From: Candidatus Woesearchaeota archaeon
GTDB lineage: Archaea > Nanobdellota > Nanobdellia > Woesearchaeales > UBA11576
Length of the DNA: 43,594 nucleotides
Assembly: GCA_003695435.1 (NCBI GenBank)
Contig: RFJL01000011.1
Span: 1-43,594, forward strand
Direction of reading: 5' to 3'
Shown piece by piece: positions 17,438-26,718 of the stretch; position 1 is the first letter of the stretch, and every line of letters starts with the position of its first letter. Position numbers and translations under genes: made by a program. Below the pieces are notes generated by a model. The model was given only the letters and a program-made list of their open reading frames with translations. It ran no database searches and had not been told where the DNA came from.

Positions 17438-20400
17438 GTGACTAAGATTAACAAACTTGTTATGCATGGTTTTAAGTCATTTGCTAAACGAACTGAAATA
17501 CAGTTTGGCAATGACTTCAACTGCATTCTAGGTCCCAACGGTTCAGGTAAATCTAATGTTCTTGATGCTCTGTGCTTCGTTTTGGGAAAAAGCTCTGCGA
17601 AATCTCTTCGGGCAGAAAAAACATCAAATCTCATCTATAACGGTGGGAAGAAAAAAACACCTGCAAAACAAGCAGAAGTTTCTATCTACTTTGATAACAC
17701 CTCTAAAATTTTCCCAACAGAGGATAAAGAAGTTAAAATCACTCGCATCGTTAAAAAATCAGGACAAGGAGTATACAAAATCAACGATGAAGTACGTACA
17801 AGGACGCAAATTCTAGAACTTCTAAGCCTTGCACGTATAAACCCTGATGGGTATAACATCATTCTTCAAGGTGATATCATCCGTATGATTGACATGTCTC
17901 CAAATGAGAGAAGAGGTATCATTGAGGAAATAGCAGGAATCTCCATTTATGAAGAAAAAAAGCAAAAAGCCATGAAAGAGCTTGAAAAAGTTGATGGAAA
18001 ACTCAAAGAAGCAGAAATAGTCTTGCAAGAACGCGAAGCATATCTAAAAGAGCTCAAAAAAGAGAGAGATCAAGCACAAAAATTCAAAGACTTAGAATCT
18101 CAAATTAATACTAATAAGGCAACACACTTACATCGGCGCATTGTTAAATTTCAAGCAGAACAAGAAGCATTGCAAGAGAAAATAGATGCTCACCAAGAAA
18201 AGCTTGACAAAATCACCTCGACTATAAGCCAACTCAAAAAGTCAATTGAAGAGAAGAAAAAAGAAATTGATCAGATAAACAAAGAAATTGAGAGACGCGG
18301 AGAAAAGGATCAAATTGCCCTACACAAAGAAATTGAAAACCTCAAAGTTAACATTGCAACAGCAAAAAACAGAATAGAGTCTTGCAAAGATGAAATTGCA
18401 AAAATAGAGAAAAGAAAAGCAAATCTTCTTGAGGATGCTAAGGAGGTAGATGCACGAATAAACAAACTCAAAGAAGAAGTAAAAGTCTTAGACGAACGAG
18501 AAACAACAAAACAAAAACACCTCAAAGAGTTAGATGAGAGAATTGCTCAGTTCCGAAAAAAGCACAAAATAGAAGCAGCAGCAGATATCGATCAACAAAT
18601 TCAGGAATTAGATGCAAAAGCAGAAGAATTGCAAAAAGAAATGCAGGAACTACGAGCATCACAACAAGAACTCCTAAGAGAAAAAGATAAACTGGAATTC
18701 CAAATCAATTCAATTGATGAGCGAATAGAAAAAGTTCTCTCTGTAGAAAAAGAAAATAAGGAACAAATTAAAAATCTCAAGAAAAAGAAAGAAGAATTCA
18801 AGAAAATAACTCTCAAACTCAACGCACTCATAACACAAGACGCGGCGCTAGCTCAAGAGCTCGCACAAGCACGCTCTAAACTTATCGCAGCGAATGAAGA
18901 AAAATCAAAACTCTCTGCGCGTCAATCACAAATCTTAGAAAAGCTTGGATCCGATCGTGCAGTAAAAGCGATTTTAGATAACAGAAAAGAACTCAGAGGT
19001 GTGCACGGAACGGTTTCAGAACTAGGGCAAGTTTCAAAAAAATATTCTCTTGCCCTCGAAATGGCAGCAGGAAACAAGCTTAAATCAATTGTTGTTGACG
19101 ATGACAAAGTCGCAGCAAAATGCATTGAATATCTCAAAAAGAATCAACTCGGCGTTGCAACATTTCTTCCAATCAATAAAATCAAAGCACCTCCTGAAAG
19201 CGACGTTGCAAATAAGCTTGCAAAACAACCAGGAGTTCACGGCAAAGCTGTAGATCTTATCAGCTACGATCCAAAATTCAAAGGGATTTTCAAATATGTT
19301 TTTGGTAACACGCTCGTAGTAGATAACATCTCAGTTGCACGCAAGATAGGAATTGGTTCTGCAAAAATGGTCACCCTTGATGGAGACATTACTGAACTCT
19401 CAGGAGCAATGCAGGGAGGATACCGACAAAAACGTCAAGGACTTGGATTTTCAGAAAAAGAAGTTACTAAAGCAATAGAACAAGCAGAATCTCTTGCTGC
19501 GCAGATGGGTCTAAAAGTATCCAAGCTTGAAAAAACTCGTGCAGAAAACGAGGAAAAAATCGTAGAACTAAGAAAAGAGAAAGCAGAACTCGAAGGCGAA
19601 ATTATTAAGATGGAAAAAAGCCTTCATCTTGAATCAGGAGATCTTGAAGTTAATAAGAAAATCAAGGAAAATCTTGAAAGAGATTTACGCGCAATGGAGG
19701 ACAAGGTTGTTGAGGTTCAGCGTACAATTTCTGAGAAAAACAGAGTTCTTGCAGATATCAAGATTAACAAAGAAAAACTACGTAATCAACTCAATGAATT
19801 AAGAAATCCTCGCTTACAAGCAGAACTCAACAGTTTAGAAGAACAACGAGCAAAACTTAAAGAAGAAATTATCTCCATTAACTCAGAGAAACGAAATTTC
19901 CAAACACAAATTGAAACTATGCTTATTCCCGAGCAGAAGAATATACAAAAAGCGCTACAAGGACACGAAAAAGAACAGGATTCCTTTAACAAAGAAATCG
20001 CTCAACTTGAAGAAAAACTCGCTGTATCTGAATCCCAACTCAAAGAAAAGGAAAAACAAGAAAAAGAATTCTACGCTCAATTCAAAGAACAGTTTGCAAG
20101 AAGACAAAAACTCTCCGATGAACTAGAAAAAGAGGAGAAAAAACTCTATGCAGACACTGATGAGCAGAGAAAAATAGAACACAAAATAAACCTTATTGGC
20201 ATTGAAAAAGCCAAAGTAGATACTGAACTCATTGTTCTTAGAGAAGAATTCAAGCACTTTGAAGGCGTCAAAATTGATCATGAAAAATCTGATGAACAAC
20301 TCAAAAAAGAGATTAACCAGTTCGAGAAAATGGTTGAAAACCTTGGAGCGGTAAATCTAAAAGCTCTTGAAATATATGATTCCGTTGTTCAAGAATATGA

Positions 20401-20932
20401 AACGCTGACAAAAAAGAAAGCAGATTTGGAAGATGAGAAGAACAGCGTCATCAAGTTCATGGAAGAAATTGAAGAGAAGAAAAAAACACTCTTCATGGAA
20501 ACCTTCAACATAATCCAAGAGCACTTTGTGAGAATATTCTCGTCTCTTTCAACAAAAGGCGAAGCATCACTTATCCTTGAAGACCCTGAAAACCCATTCA
20601 ATGGAGGTCTTGAAATCCGTGTGAGACTCTCCGGAAAAAAATTCCTTGATATCAGATCCCTTTCAGGAGGGGAAAAAACAATGACTGCTCTTGCATTCCT
20701 CTTTGCAGTCCAAGAACATGAGCCCGCACCATTTTACGTCCTTGATGAAGTTGATGCAGCTCTTGATAAAAAGAACTCTCAACGCTTAGCAGAGCTTGTA
20801 AAAGCATATGCGCAAAAAGCACAATACATCATGATTTCTCACAACGACGGCGTGATCTCCGAAGCAAACAACCTCTTCGGAGTGTCAATGAATGAACATG
20901 GAATGACTGATGTGATTAGTTTGAAGGTTTGA
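17438..20932 (+). CDS. smc: SMC chromosome segregation ATPase
   Basis: GTG start. Walker A GPNGSGKSN, long coiled coils, hinge (GVHGTVSELG...), signature LSGGEKT, Walker B FYVLDEVDAALD. 1164 aa. Confidence 0.95.
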   Translation: MTKINKLVMHGFKSFAKRTEIQFGNDFNCILGPNGSGKSNVLDALCFVLGKSSAKSLRAEKTSNLIYNGGKKKTPAKQAEVSIYFDNTSKIFPTEDKEVKITRIVKKSGQGVYKINDEVRTRTQILELLSLARINPDGYNIILQGDIIRMIDMSPNERRGIIEEIAGISIYEEKKQKAMKELEKVDGKLKEAEIVLQEREAYLKELKKERDQAQKFKDLESQINTNKATHLHRRIVKFQAEQEALQEKIDAHQEKLDKITSTISQLKKSIEEKKKEIDQINKEIERRGEKDQIALHKEIENLKVNIATAKNRIESCKDEIAKIEKRKANLLEDAKEVDARINKLKEEVKVLDERETTKQKHLKELDERIAQFRKKHKIEAAADIDQQIQELDAKAEELQKEMQELRASQQELLREKDKLEFQINSIDERIEKVLSVEKENKEQIKNLKKKKEEFKKITLKLNALITQDAALAQELAQARSKLIAANEEKSKLSARQSQILEKLGSDRAVKAILDNRKELRGVHGTVSELGQVSKKYSLALEMAAGNKLKSIVVDDDKVAAKCIEYLKKNQLGVATFLPINKIKAPPESDVANKLAKQPGVHGKAVDLISYDPKFKGIFKYVFGNTLVVDNISVARKIGIGSAKMVTLDGDITELSGAMQGGYRQKRQGLGFSEKEVTKAIEQAESLAAQMGLKVSKLEKTRAENEEKIVELRKEKAELEGEIIKMEKSLHLESGDLEVNKKIKENLERDLRAMEDKVVEVQRTISEKNRVLADIKINKEKLRNQLNELRNPRLQAELNSLEEQRAKLKEEIISINSEKRNFQTQIETMLIPEQKNIQKALQGHEKEQDSFNKEIAQLEEKLAVSESQLKEKEKQEKEFYAQFKEQFARRQKLSDELEKEEKKLYADTDEQRKIEHKINLIGIEKAKVDTELIVLREEFKHFEGVKIDHEKSDEQLKKEINQFEKMVENLGAVNLKALEIYDSVVQEYETLTKKKADLEDEKNSVIKFMEEIEEKKKTLFMETFNIIQEHFVRIFSSLSTKGEASLILEDPENPFNGGLEIRVRLSGKKFLDIRSLSGGEKTMTALAFLFAVQEHEPAPFYVLDEVDAALDKKNSQRLAELVKAYAQKAQYIMISHNDGVISEANNLFGVSMNEHGMTDVISLKV

Positions 20933-22007
20933 GTACTTGTACCAACTCATCAGCAGTTTTCTTCCAAGAATACTCCTTGGATGTCTTTCTAGCAGCTCGT
21001 CCTAATCTCGCTCTTAGCGCGGGTGAGGCAATTAATTCTTGTAACAAACTTTTCAAATAGTCCACATCTCCTGGGGGGAATAACATGCCATTTTTCCTAT
21101 CTTTAAGATAAACGTTAATGTGTCCCATTGGCGTCACTACAACAGGCAGTTGCGAAGCCATCGCTTCAAGAGTTGTAAGAGAGGTTGTCTCAGTATGAGA
21201 TGGAAGAACATAAATATCCATTGCTTGAAAATATTTTTGAGGGTTATTTACTTGGGGGATGTTTGTTATTCCACGCATGTCTTGCCAAGAAACTTCACCA
21301 CCAACAATGAGTAGATGAATTGTTTTATCCTCCTCGTAAAGCTGTCGAAACGCTTTGTAGAGCGTGTCAAGATCTTTTTCTCTTGTTGTGCGCCCTACAT
21401 ATCCGATAACAGTGTAGTCCTCAAGACCTAATTCTTTTTTCGCATTTTTTCTAGGACGAAACGTGCGATTATCAACACCTAAGGGGATCACAACATGTTT
21501 TTTTCCTATTCCCTTTTGTTGAATTGCGCGCAATGTTTCATTTGACGGACAAATAAGTAAATCTGATTTGTTGTAAATGCGAGGAATAATTTTTTTAAGG
21601 ATCCATGCGGCAATTCGCTGAGCTACAGGAAGGTTCTTTGAGAAGAGCGCCCATTCAATACTGTGGATAAAACTTACAACATATTTCTTCTTTTTTCGAG
21701 CATACTTAATTGCGTAGTAGCCAATAGGCCCAATCGTTTGTGTAAAGACGACATCTGCGTTATCAATGAGATTTTGAAGAGTTTTTTTGTCAACCTGTGC
21801 AGGAGCGTATCCTGCTACACTTACTTTACGCAGAGGAAACAAAACAATACGGGCAGGGTACGTTGGGGGGCGTCCATAGTCTGGACATGCGATAGTAATG
21901 TCGAAGTGTTTGCTAAGGTGGGGGATGATCTCATCAAGAAAACGTGCAATACCGTCCCAACGTGGGAGAAAACTATCTGTTGCAATGAGCAGTTTAGGCT
22001 TTGTCAT
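20916..22007 (-). CDS. glycosyltransferase, GT4 (GT-B fold) family
   Basis: N-terminal LLIATDSFLPRWDGIARF and a C-terminal E-x7-E-like region (PSHTETTSLTTLEAMASQLPVV). The 3' end overlaps the smc 3' end by 17 nt. Confidence 0.85.
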   Translation of the reverse strand: MTKPKLLIATDSFLPRWDGIARFLDEIIPHLSKHFDITIACPDYGRPPTYPARIVLFPLRKVSVAGYAPAQVDKKTLQNLIDNADVVFTQTIGPIGYYAIKYARKKKKYVVSFIHSIEWALFSKNLPVAQRIAAWILKKIIPRIYNKSDLLICPSNETLRAIQQKGIGKKHVVIPLGVDNRTFRPRKNAKKELGLEDYTVIGYVGRTTREKDLDTLYKAFRQLYEEDKTIHLLIVGGEVSWQDMRGITNIPQVNNPQKYFQAMDIYVLPSHTETTSLTTLEAMASQLPVVVTPMGHINVYLKDRKNGMLFPPGDVDYLKSLLQELIASPALRARLGRAARKTSKEYSWKKTADELVQVLKPSN

Positions 22008-22663
22008 CGTACTTTGTAGAACACCTCTGCGAATCTGCAGCTGTTACGCAACCCGTTGCGAATTGCACGGTAAATAGTTGCAGGAATGAGCTGCACTAAG
22101 GCTATCCATTGACTATCAAATCGTTTGATTGCTGCAAGCTTTTTCCAGAAGTATGGCGTGATATCAACAACCATACGAACGCCTTGTTTCTTAAAGCTTA
22201 AAGGGTTCCAAATATCATAGGAGTAGATGTCTCCTTGGTAGTTTATCTCGTCTGCAACGTCGAGAGTGATTTTGTAGAGTGCCCTGTGGTCGGGATGGGG
22301 GTCGTCGATACTGTGAATAAAGATTTTTTCTGGTTTGAGTTTGAGTATTGCATTTTTGATTGCATCATGAAGCAAGCGGGGGTTTTCATCACGTAGAAAC
22401 TTACCTTCTTTTGCACCAACAATGCCAAGATGTTCAATATTCATGAACTTACTCACACGTTTTGCTTCTTTTTCTCTTTGCTTTGCTATAATTTCTGGTT
22501 TGATGTGGGGGTGGGATTTCTCCCCAAATGATGCAATGAGACTAGCCACGTGATAGCCTTCATCAAGGTATTTGAGTAGCGTCCCACCAGCACCAATGGC
22601 AAAATCATCGTTGTGCGCGCCGATAACGAGAATGGAGGGTTTTTTCTTCTTGTTCTTATGCAT
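22004..22663 (-). CDS. PIG-L/LmbE-family N-acetylglucosaminyl deacetylase
   Basis: ILVIGAHNDDFAIGAGG and HPDH motifs. The stop overlaps the GT4 start by 4 nt. The ATG at 22663 is preferred because the longer track ORF runs into tRNA-Gly. Confidence 0.85.
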   Translation of the reverse strand: MHKNKKKKPSILVIGAHNDDFAIGAGGTLLKYLDEGYHVASLIASFGEKSHPHIKPEIIAKQREKEAKRVSKFMNIEHLGIVGAKEGKFLRDENPRLLHDAIKNAILKLKPEKIFIHSIDDPHPDHRALYKITLDVADEINYQGDIYSYDIWNPLSFKKQGVRMVVDITPYFWKKLAAIKRFDSQWIALVQLIPATIYRAIRNGLRNSCRFAEVFYKVR

Positions 22664-22715
22664 ATTCTTGGTGTATTTGACGTGTTTAAAAAATCTGGTA
22701 CGGTAAAGAAAAGAA

Positions 22716-22807
22716 TGCAGCGGCCGGGACATTCGAGACGTTGTGTCTTTTCGAACCCGGATCACAGGCTTGGAAGGCCCGGATACTAGCCATTATACTA
22801 CCGCTGC
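22716..22807 (-). tRNA. tRNA-Gly (UCC) with a roughly 20-nt intron in the T-loop (about position 59/60)
   Basis: Hand fold: acceptor GCAGCGG/CCGCTGC plus discriminator A, D arm GTAT-AATGGCTA-GTAT, anticodon arm CGGGC-CTTCCAA-GCCTG. T stem CCGGG/CCCGG encloses TTCGAA[AAGACACAACGTCTCGAATG]T. TATA TTTAAAAA lies about 26 nt upstream. Confidence 0.75.
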
Positions 22808-23164
22808 GAGTAGTGTGAAGGGACAGATATCTCTTTTTAAAGCTTGTGCTACTTGCAGAGGGATGCTGCGGAGGATGATTGGCGAAGGGTGTTTTGGAAA
22901 CGAGTGGTTTGAACAAAGTATTTGTTGTACAACTATCTCTACGCACTAAATTCGCACATCCTAGGCACTTCTTTTATAAATAGTGTTGATTATGCTCTAT
23001 GCACTACTCTCTGCTCAAACAGGGGGTGCGTGCCTAACGCACCTAAAAAGAGTTGGAGTTGAATCATTACCCTACTCACAACTCTTTAAGTATTTGAGGC
23101 GGGCAGGATGAGAATCATATGAAAAAAGTATTCGTTTTGAAAAAGAAAAGAGGTACTATGTTTG

Positions 23165-25462
23165 ATGAGTAACAATCCGCACAGGAGGAAAAGAGCATTT
23201 CTTGATGAGCTTGTTCAATATCTCATTCCACCATCTCTTATTGTTTTGCTCACTGTTACGTTGTGGGATTTGTTTTACGGCTTTGGACGTTTCGAGACCT
23301 TCATAGATATTTTTGATCTCTATGTGATCATCATTTTCTCAATAGATCTGTGGTATCGATATAAAGAAGTACAGAACCTCCACGAGTGGGTGCATAGAAA
23401 TTATCTAGATATTATTGCAACTATTCCCTATAATTTTCTTTTTGCAGGTATTGCGTGGATGCCCCTTCTTCAAGGCGTAAAGGGGTTGCGTTTTTTAAGA
23501 TTTGCACGTCTTACAAGGTTGTTAAGATTTGCAGGAAGACTTCCTCGATTTCTTCGTTTACGAGGAAGCATCAAAAAGTCTTCAAGAATTCGCAAGAAAC
23601 AACCTCATGAAAAACATTTCAAAGGGGTGCTCTCTTTCAAGGTTATTCTACTCATCACTATTAATTCTATTATGGGAACGGGTATTTATTTTCTTATCGC
23701 AGCAGGTGCAAAACATGCAGGTCCTGCAAGTCTACTATCCTGGGCAATCCTTTCAATCATTTCATTGTATATTGCTGCGTGTTTTTCAGAACTTGTAAGC
23801 ATGTTTCCCAAAGCAGGTGGGGTGTATGAGTATGCAAAGCAGGCATATGGTAGGTTTTGGTCATTTCTTATTGGTTGGTCCACAGCAATTGCAGGGGCAG
23901 TTACCATAGCCATGTTAATATTAGGCGCATTGCAATATATTGCGCCACAACACCCTCAGCTATACATTTTTGCAGCATCTCTTTTCATTCTTCTTTTTAG
24001 CGCCGTTGCGTACAGGGGTATGAAAACATCTGTTGTTGTGCTTATTCTCTTCGCGTTGATCACTTTGCTTAGCGTTCTTTCCTTAATTATTCCTGGGTTG
24101 TTCTCGTTAAGACTAGAAAACTTCACTCCGTTCTTTGTCTTTCCCAGTTTCACCATTCTCCTCACCATTTTTTTCATTGCTGAAACGTTTTTTGGTTGGG
24201 AGTCTGCGGTGTTCCTCGCAGCGGAAACAAAAAATCCGCGTAAAGTTATGCCAAGAGCCTTGATCATAGGAACGTTAGTAATTGCTGTGCTTTCTCTTTC
24301 TTTGGCAGTGGTGGGAATGGGTCTTATCGAGTGGAGTGTTTTTGGACAAAGCAATGCACCTCTTTCAGATATTGCACACGTCCTCTTTGGCGACGTGGGA
24401 AAAGTCATATTCACTCTGCTTGTTTTCATTTCTATTTTGGGAGCAGTTGCGTCCTGGATTGTAACTGCGCCACGTCTTCTTATGGCGCTTGCAGAAGATA
24501 AATTGTTCTTCGTTCAATTCGCTAAAATCCATCCAGTCTATAAATCACCTTACGTGTCAATCATCTTTGAATTTTTTATTTTGATCCTACTCGTTATAAT
24601 CGGATCAGGGTCATACGAGACGCTTTTGCACATGCTCATTCCTCTAATCATATTCATTTATTCTTCTGTGTTACTTGCTGTTTTAGTTCTTCGCTTCAAA
24701 AGACCAGATATTCCCCGAACGTTTAGGGTGCCCTTCGGAAAGATCGGACCCCTGCTCACCATTTTGTTTATGTTTGGTTTGTTAGTGGGTTTTGTTCTGT
24801 ACACGCATTCAGCCTGGGAGATTCTCAAGATATCTCTTTCACTTATCCTCTTTGGAATTCCCGCATATTTCTTTATTGAATTATTCTATACCAAAAAGTA
24901 CACGATTCTTAGAAGACGTGCGATGTTCAAACTACAACATGCGCTACATAAAACAATCAAGCCTCTTCGTTTGTATGCTCAGATGGTGCGCATGGTTGGT
25001 GGTGTGAAGGGAACGGTGATTGATTTTAACACGCCACATGCAGGAATGACTCGGTTTCTTAAACGAAAAAAGATGAACGTTAGCAAAATAATTGTTCTTA
25101 ACCTTGTAAAAGAAGAGGTTGAAGAGTTACGTAAAGAAGGGTTTGAGGGGGTTGAAATACATAAGATACGATCATACACGTTACCTTCGGTTCGTGCAGA
25201 CGCATTTTTTTCAGTTAATGATCTTGGACAGGTTAAAGATGTAGAACACTTCGTAAAACAAGTTTCAAGAGTTTTGAAAAAAAGAGGGGTGTTCTGTTTT
25301 GCTGTGCGTAACTCTCTTGTAAATGTTCATCCTAATGCAATACTCCTCGGAGATAAAAAGGCGATTTTAAGAATCTTCAAGGAAAACTCTCTTGACGCGA
25401 AGTATCTTCGCAAAAAAAAGGGGTTGGGAGAAGTTCTGTTCATCTATGGTGTTAAGCGCTAA
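23165..25462 (+). CDS. fusion protein: voltage-sensor domain (S1-S4) + APC-superfamily amino-acid permease + degenerate class I methyltransferase-like C-terminal domain
   Basis: S2 FDLYVIIIFSIDLWYRY. S3 NYLDIIATIPYNF. S4 LRFLRFARLTRLLRFAGRLPRFLRLRG with Arg every third residue. APC motifs GTGIYFLIAAG..AGPASLLSW..ELVSMFPKAGGVYEY..LIGW and about 12 TM helices. C-terminus VIDFNTPHAG ... ADAFFSVNDLGQVKDVEHFVKQVSRVLKKRGVFCFAV. Confidence 0.85.
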   Translation: MSNNPHRRKRAFLDELVQYLIPPSLIVLLTVTLWDLFYGFGRFETFIDIFDLYVIIIFSIDLWYRYKEVQNLHEWVHRNYLDIIATIPYNFLFAGIAWMPLLQGVKGLRFLRFARLTRLLRFAGRLPRFLRLRGSIKKSSRIRKKQPHEKHFKGVLSFKVILLITINSIMGTGIYFLIAAGAKHAGPASLLSWAILSIISLYIAACFSELVSMFPKAGGVYEYAKQAYGRFWSFLIGWSTAIAGAVTIAMLILGALQYIAPQHPQLYIFAASLFILLFSAVAYRGMKTSVVVLILFALITLLSVLSLIIPGLFSLRLENFTPFFVFPSFTILLTIFFIAETFFGWESAVFLAAETKNPRKVMPRALIIGTLVIAVLSLSLAVVGMGLIEWSVFGQSNAPLSDIAHVLFGDVGKVIFTLLVFISILGAVASWIVTAPRLLMALAEDKLFFVQFAKIHPVYKSPYVSIIFEFFILILLVIIGSGSYETLLHMLIPLIIFIYSSVLLAVLVLRFKRPDIPRTFRVPFGKIGPLLTILFMFGLLVGFVLYTHSAWEILKISLSLILFGIPAYFFIELFYTKKYTILRRRAMFKLQHALHKTIKPLRLYAQMVRMVGGVKGTVIDFNTPHAGMTRFLKRKKMNVSKIIVLNLVKEEVEELRKEGFEGVEIHKIRSYTLPSVRADAFFSVNDLGQVKDVEHFVKQVSRVLKKRGVFCFAVRNSLVNVHPNAILLGDKKAILRIFKENSLDAKYLRKKKGLGEVLFIYGVKR

Positions 25463-25509
25463 GGGTGTTAAGTAAAAGAAGGTGGAATTGGTTTTGTGTT
25501 GTTCTTGTG

Positions 25510-25550
25510 TTTCCTTTTTTCTTTTTCTCTTTTTTTTGTTTCTTTTTTTA
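25510..25550 (+). terminator. poly-T tract downstream of the transporter gene
   Basis: Multiple T5-T8 runs (TTCCTTTTTTCTTTTTCTCTTTTTTTTGTTTCTTTTTTTA) within 90 nt after the stop at 25462. Oligo-T runs are archaeal termination signals. The tract partly doubles as the K-rich C-terminus of the convergent gene. Confidence 0.4.
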
Positions 25551-26588
25551 TTTCTCTTGTTTGTTTTTGGTTGTTTGAACTTGTTCTCGGAGTTGTTGTA
25601 AAAACTGCTCCCAATCCTCTTGTGCAATGGACCCGCCGCAAGCCTGGTCGTGTCCGCCACCTCGCCCTTCAATGCCTTGCAGTGCTTTTTGCAGGATGTT
25701 ATACATGGATCTGTTTGGACTTGAGCGAAAAGAACACTTGTATTCTCCATTCTTGTTACGAGCAACAACAATGATTTTGTCAGGAAACTTGTATAATAAT
25801 TCATTTGCAAGCTCTCCTGTGAAGCTTTGCTGTCCTGAGTAGACAAAGACAATAAGAGGATCTTGTCCAACTACTTTAAGAGCGTCTTTGAGAAGTTCTT
25901 GATATGCGGTATTGTATTTGTCATACTGCTTGAAAATGTGCTTGAGAGAGGGGTTGTCTCGTGTGAGTTCGTTTGGTTTTCTAACTGTGCTTAAGAGTTC
26001 AACAGATTTTGAGTATTCTTTGCTTCTTCCTTTAAGGTTGAATTGATAACAGCGAATCATCCATGAAAAAGGAGAATCAAAAAGTGCTTGTGGAGCTGAA
26101 GTTATGGTTGGAGGAAGAAGTTCAGGATATTCTTTTCTGAATTCTTCGATAAGATCTTTGGGAAAGGTCCAATCCCCAATGATGCCTATCATCGCTATCC
26201 AGAGTTCCCCTCCAATTGCGCGATAAACTATTTCAGACGTGCTCATAAGTGCGTCGGGTTGTTGAAGTTTTGGATTAACATATACTGCAACGGGCTTGTT
26301 TTGAATGTCGTGATGATCCACCCACACAACAGGTGTGGAAAGGCCTTCAAAAAAAGAGTCATCAATGGTGTGTGCGTCAAGAACAAAGATTTTATCTGGT
26401 TGGTATTCCTGGACTTGTTTGTGATAATAGTTGTCAAGAGTGGGTCTTGCTTTAAGAACAATACCTTTACCTGTTCCACAGTATTGTCTGCAGAGAAGAA
26501 AGGAACAAAGACCATCAGTGTCATCATCAAAGAAGAAGAGGGGGTTGGTACAGGTATCAAGCGCGTCTTTGAGCGGTTTGAAATTCAT
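25548..26588 (-). CDS. DHH/DHHA1-family phosphoesterase (RecJ/NrnA-like)
   Basis: FFFDDDTDGLCS (DHH motifs I/II), VLDAH, VWVDHHD (DHH) and GGGHDQACGG (DHHA1 GGGH motif). 346 aa. Confidence 0.8.
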   Translation of the reverse strand: MNFKPLKDALDTCTNPLFFFDDDTDGLCSFLLCRQYCGTGKGIVLKARPTLDNYYHKQVQEYQPDKIFVLDAHTIDDSFFEGLSTPVVWVDHHDIQNKPVAVYVNPKLQQPDALMSTSEIVYRAIGGELWIAMIGIIGDWTFPKDLIEEFRKEYPELLPPTITSAPQALFDSPFSWMIRCYQFNLKGRSKEYSKSVELLSTVRKPNELTRDNPSLKHIFKQYDKYNTAYQELLKDALKVVGQDPLIVFVYSGQQSFTGELANELLYKFPDKIIVVARNKNGEYKCSFRSSPNRSMYNILQKALQGIEGRGGGHDQACGGSIAQEDWEQFLQQLREQVQTTKNKQEK

Positions 26589-26718
26589 TTTTTATAAACT
26601 GCAAAAATCGATATTTAAGGATTGAGTACTTCTATACGGCTTTTCACGCTACTTTACGATTGTAAGGAGCATGAACTATTTTTTTTAGATATGTGTGTTA
26701 TGTGCATTAGAAAATGGT

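Noticed and set aside
22664-22765. N-terminal extension of the PIG-L deacetylase ORF
   Set aside because: It overlaps tRNA-Gly (22716-22807). The internal ATG at 22663 starts just before the conserved ILVIGAHNDD motif.
23161-23170. TGATGA (C-box-like) string
   Set aside because: It is simply the TTG-ATG-AGT start context of the permease gene. No D box or terminal stem accompanies it.
25490-25560. Repetitive T-rich tract considered as a possible repeat array
   Set aside because: It has no spacer-repeat periodicity. It is a homopolymer-rich terminator region that also encodes the Lys-rich C-terminus of the convergent DHH gene.
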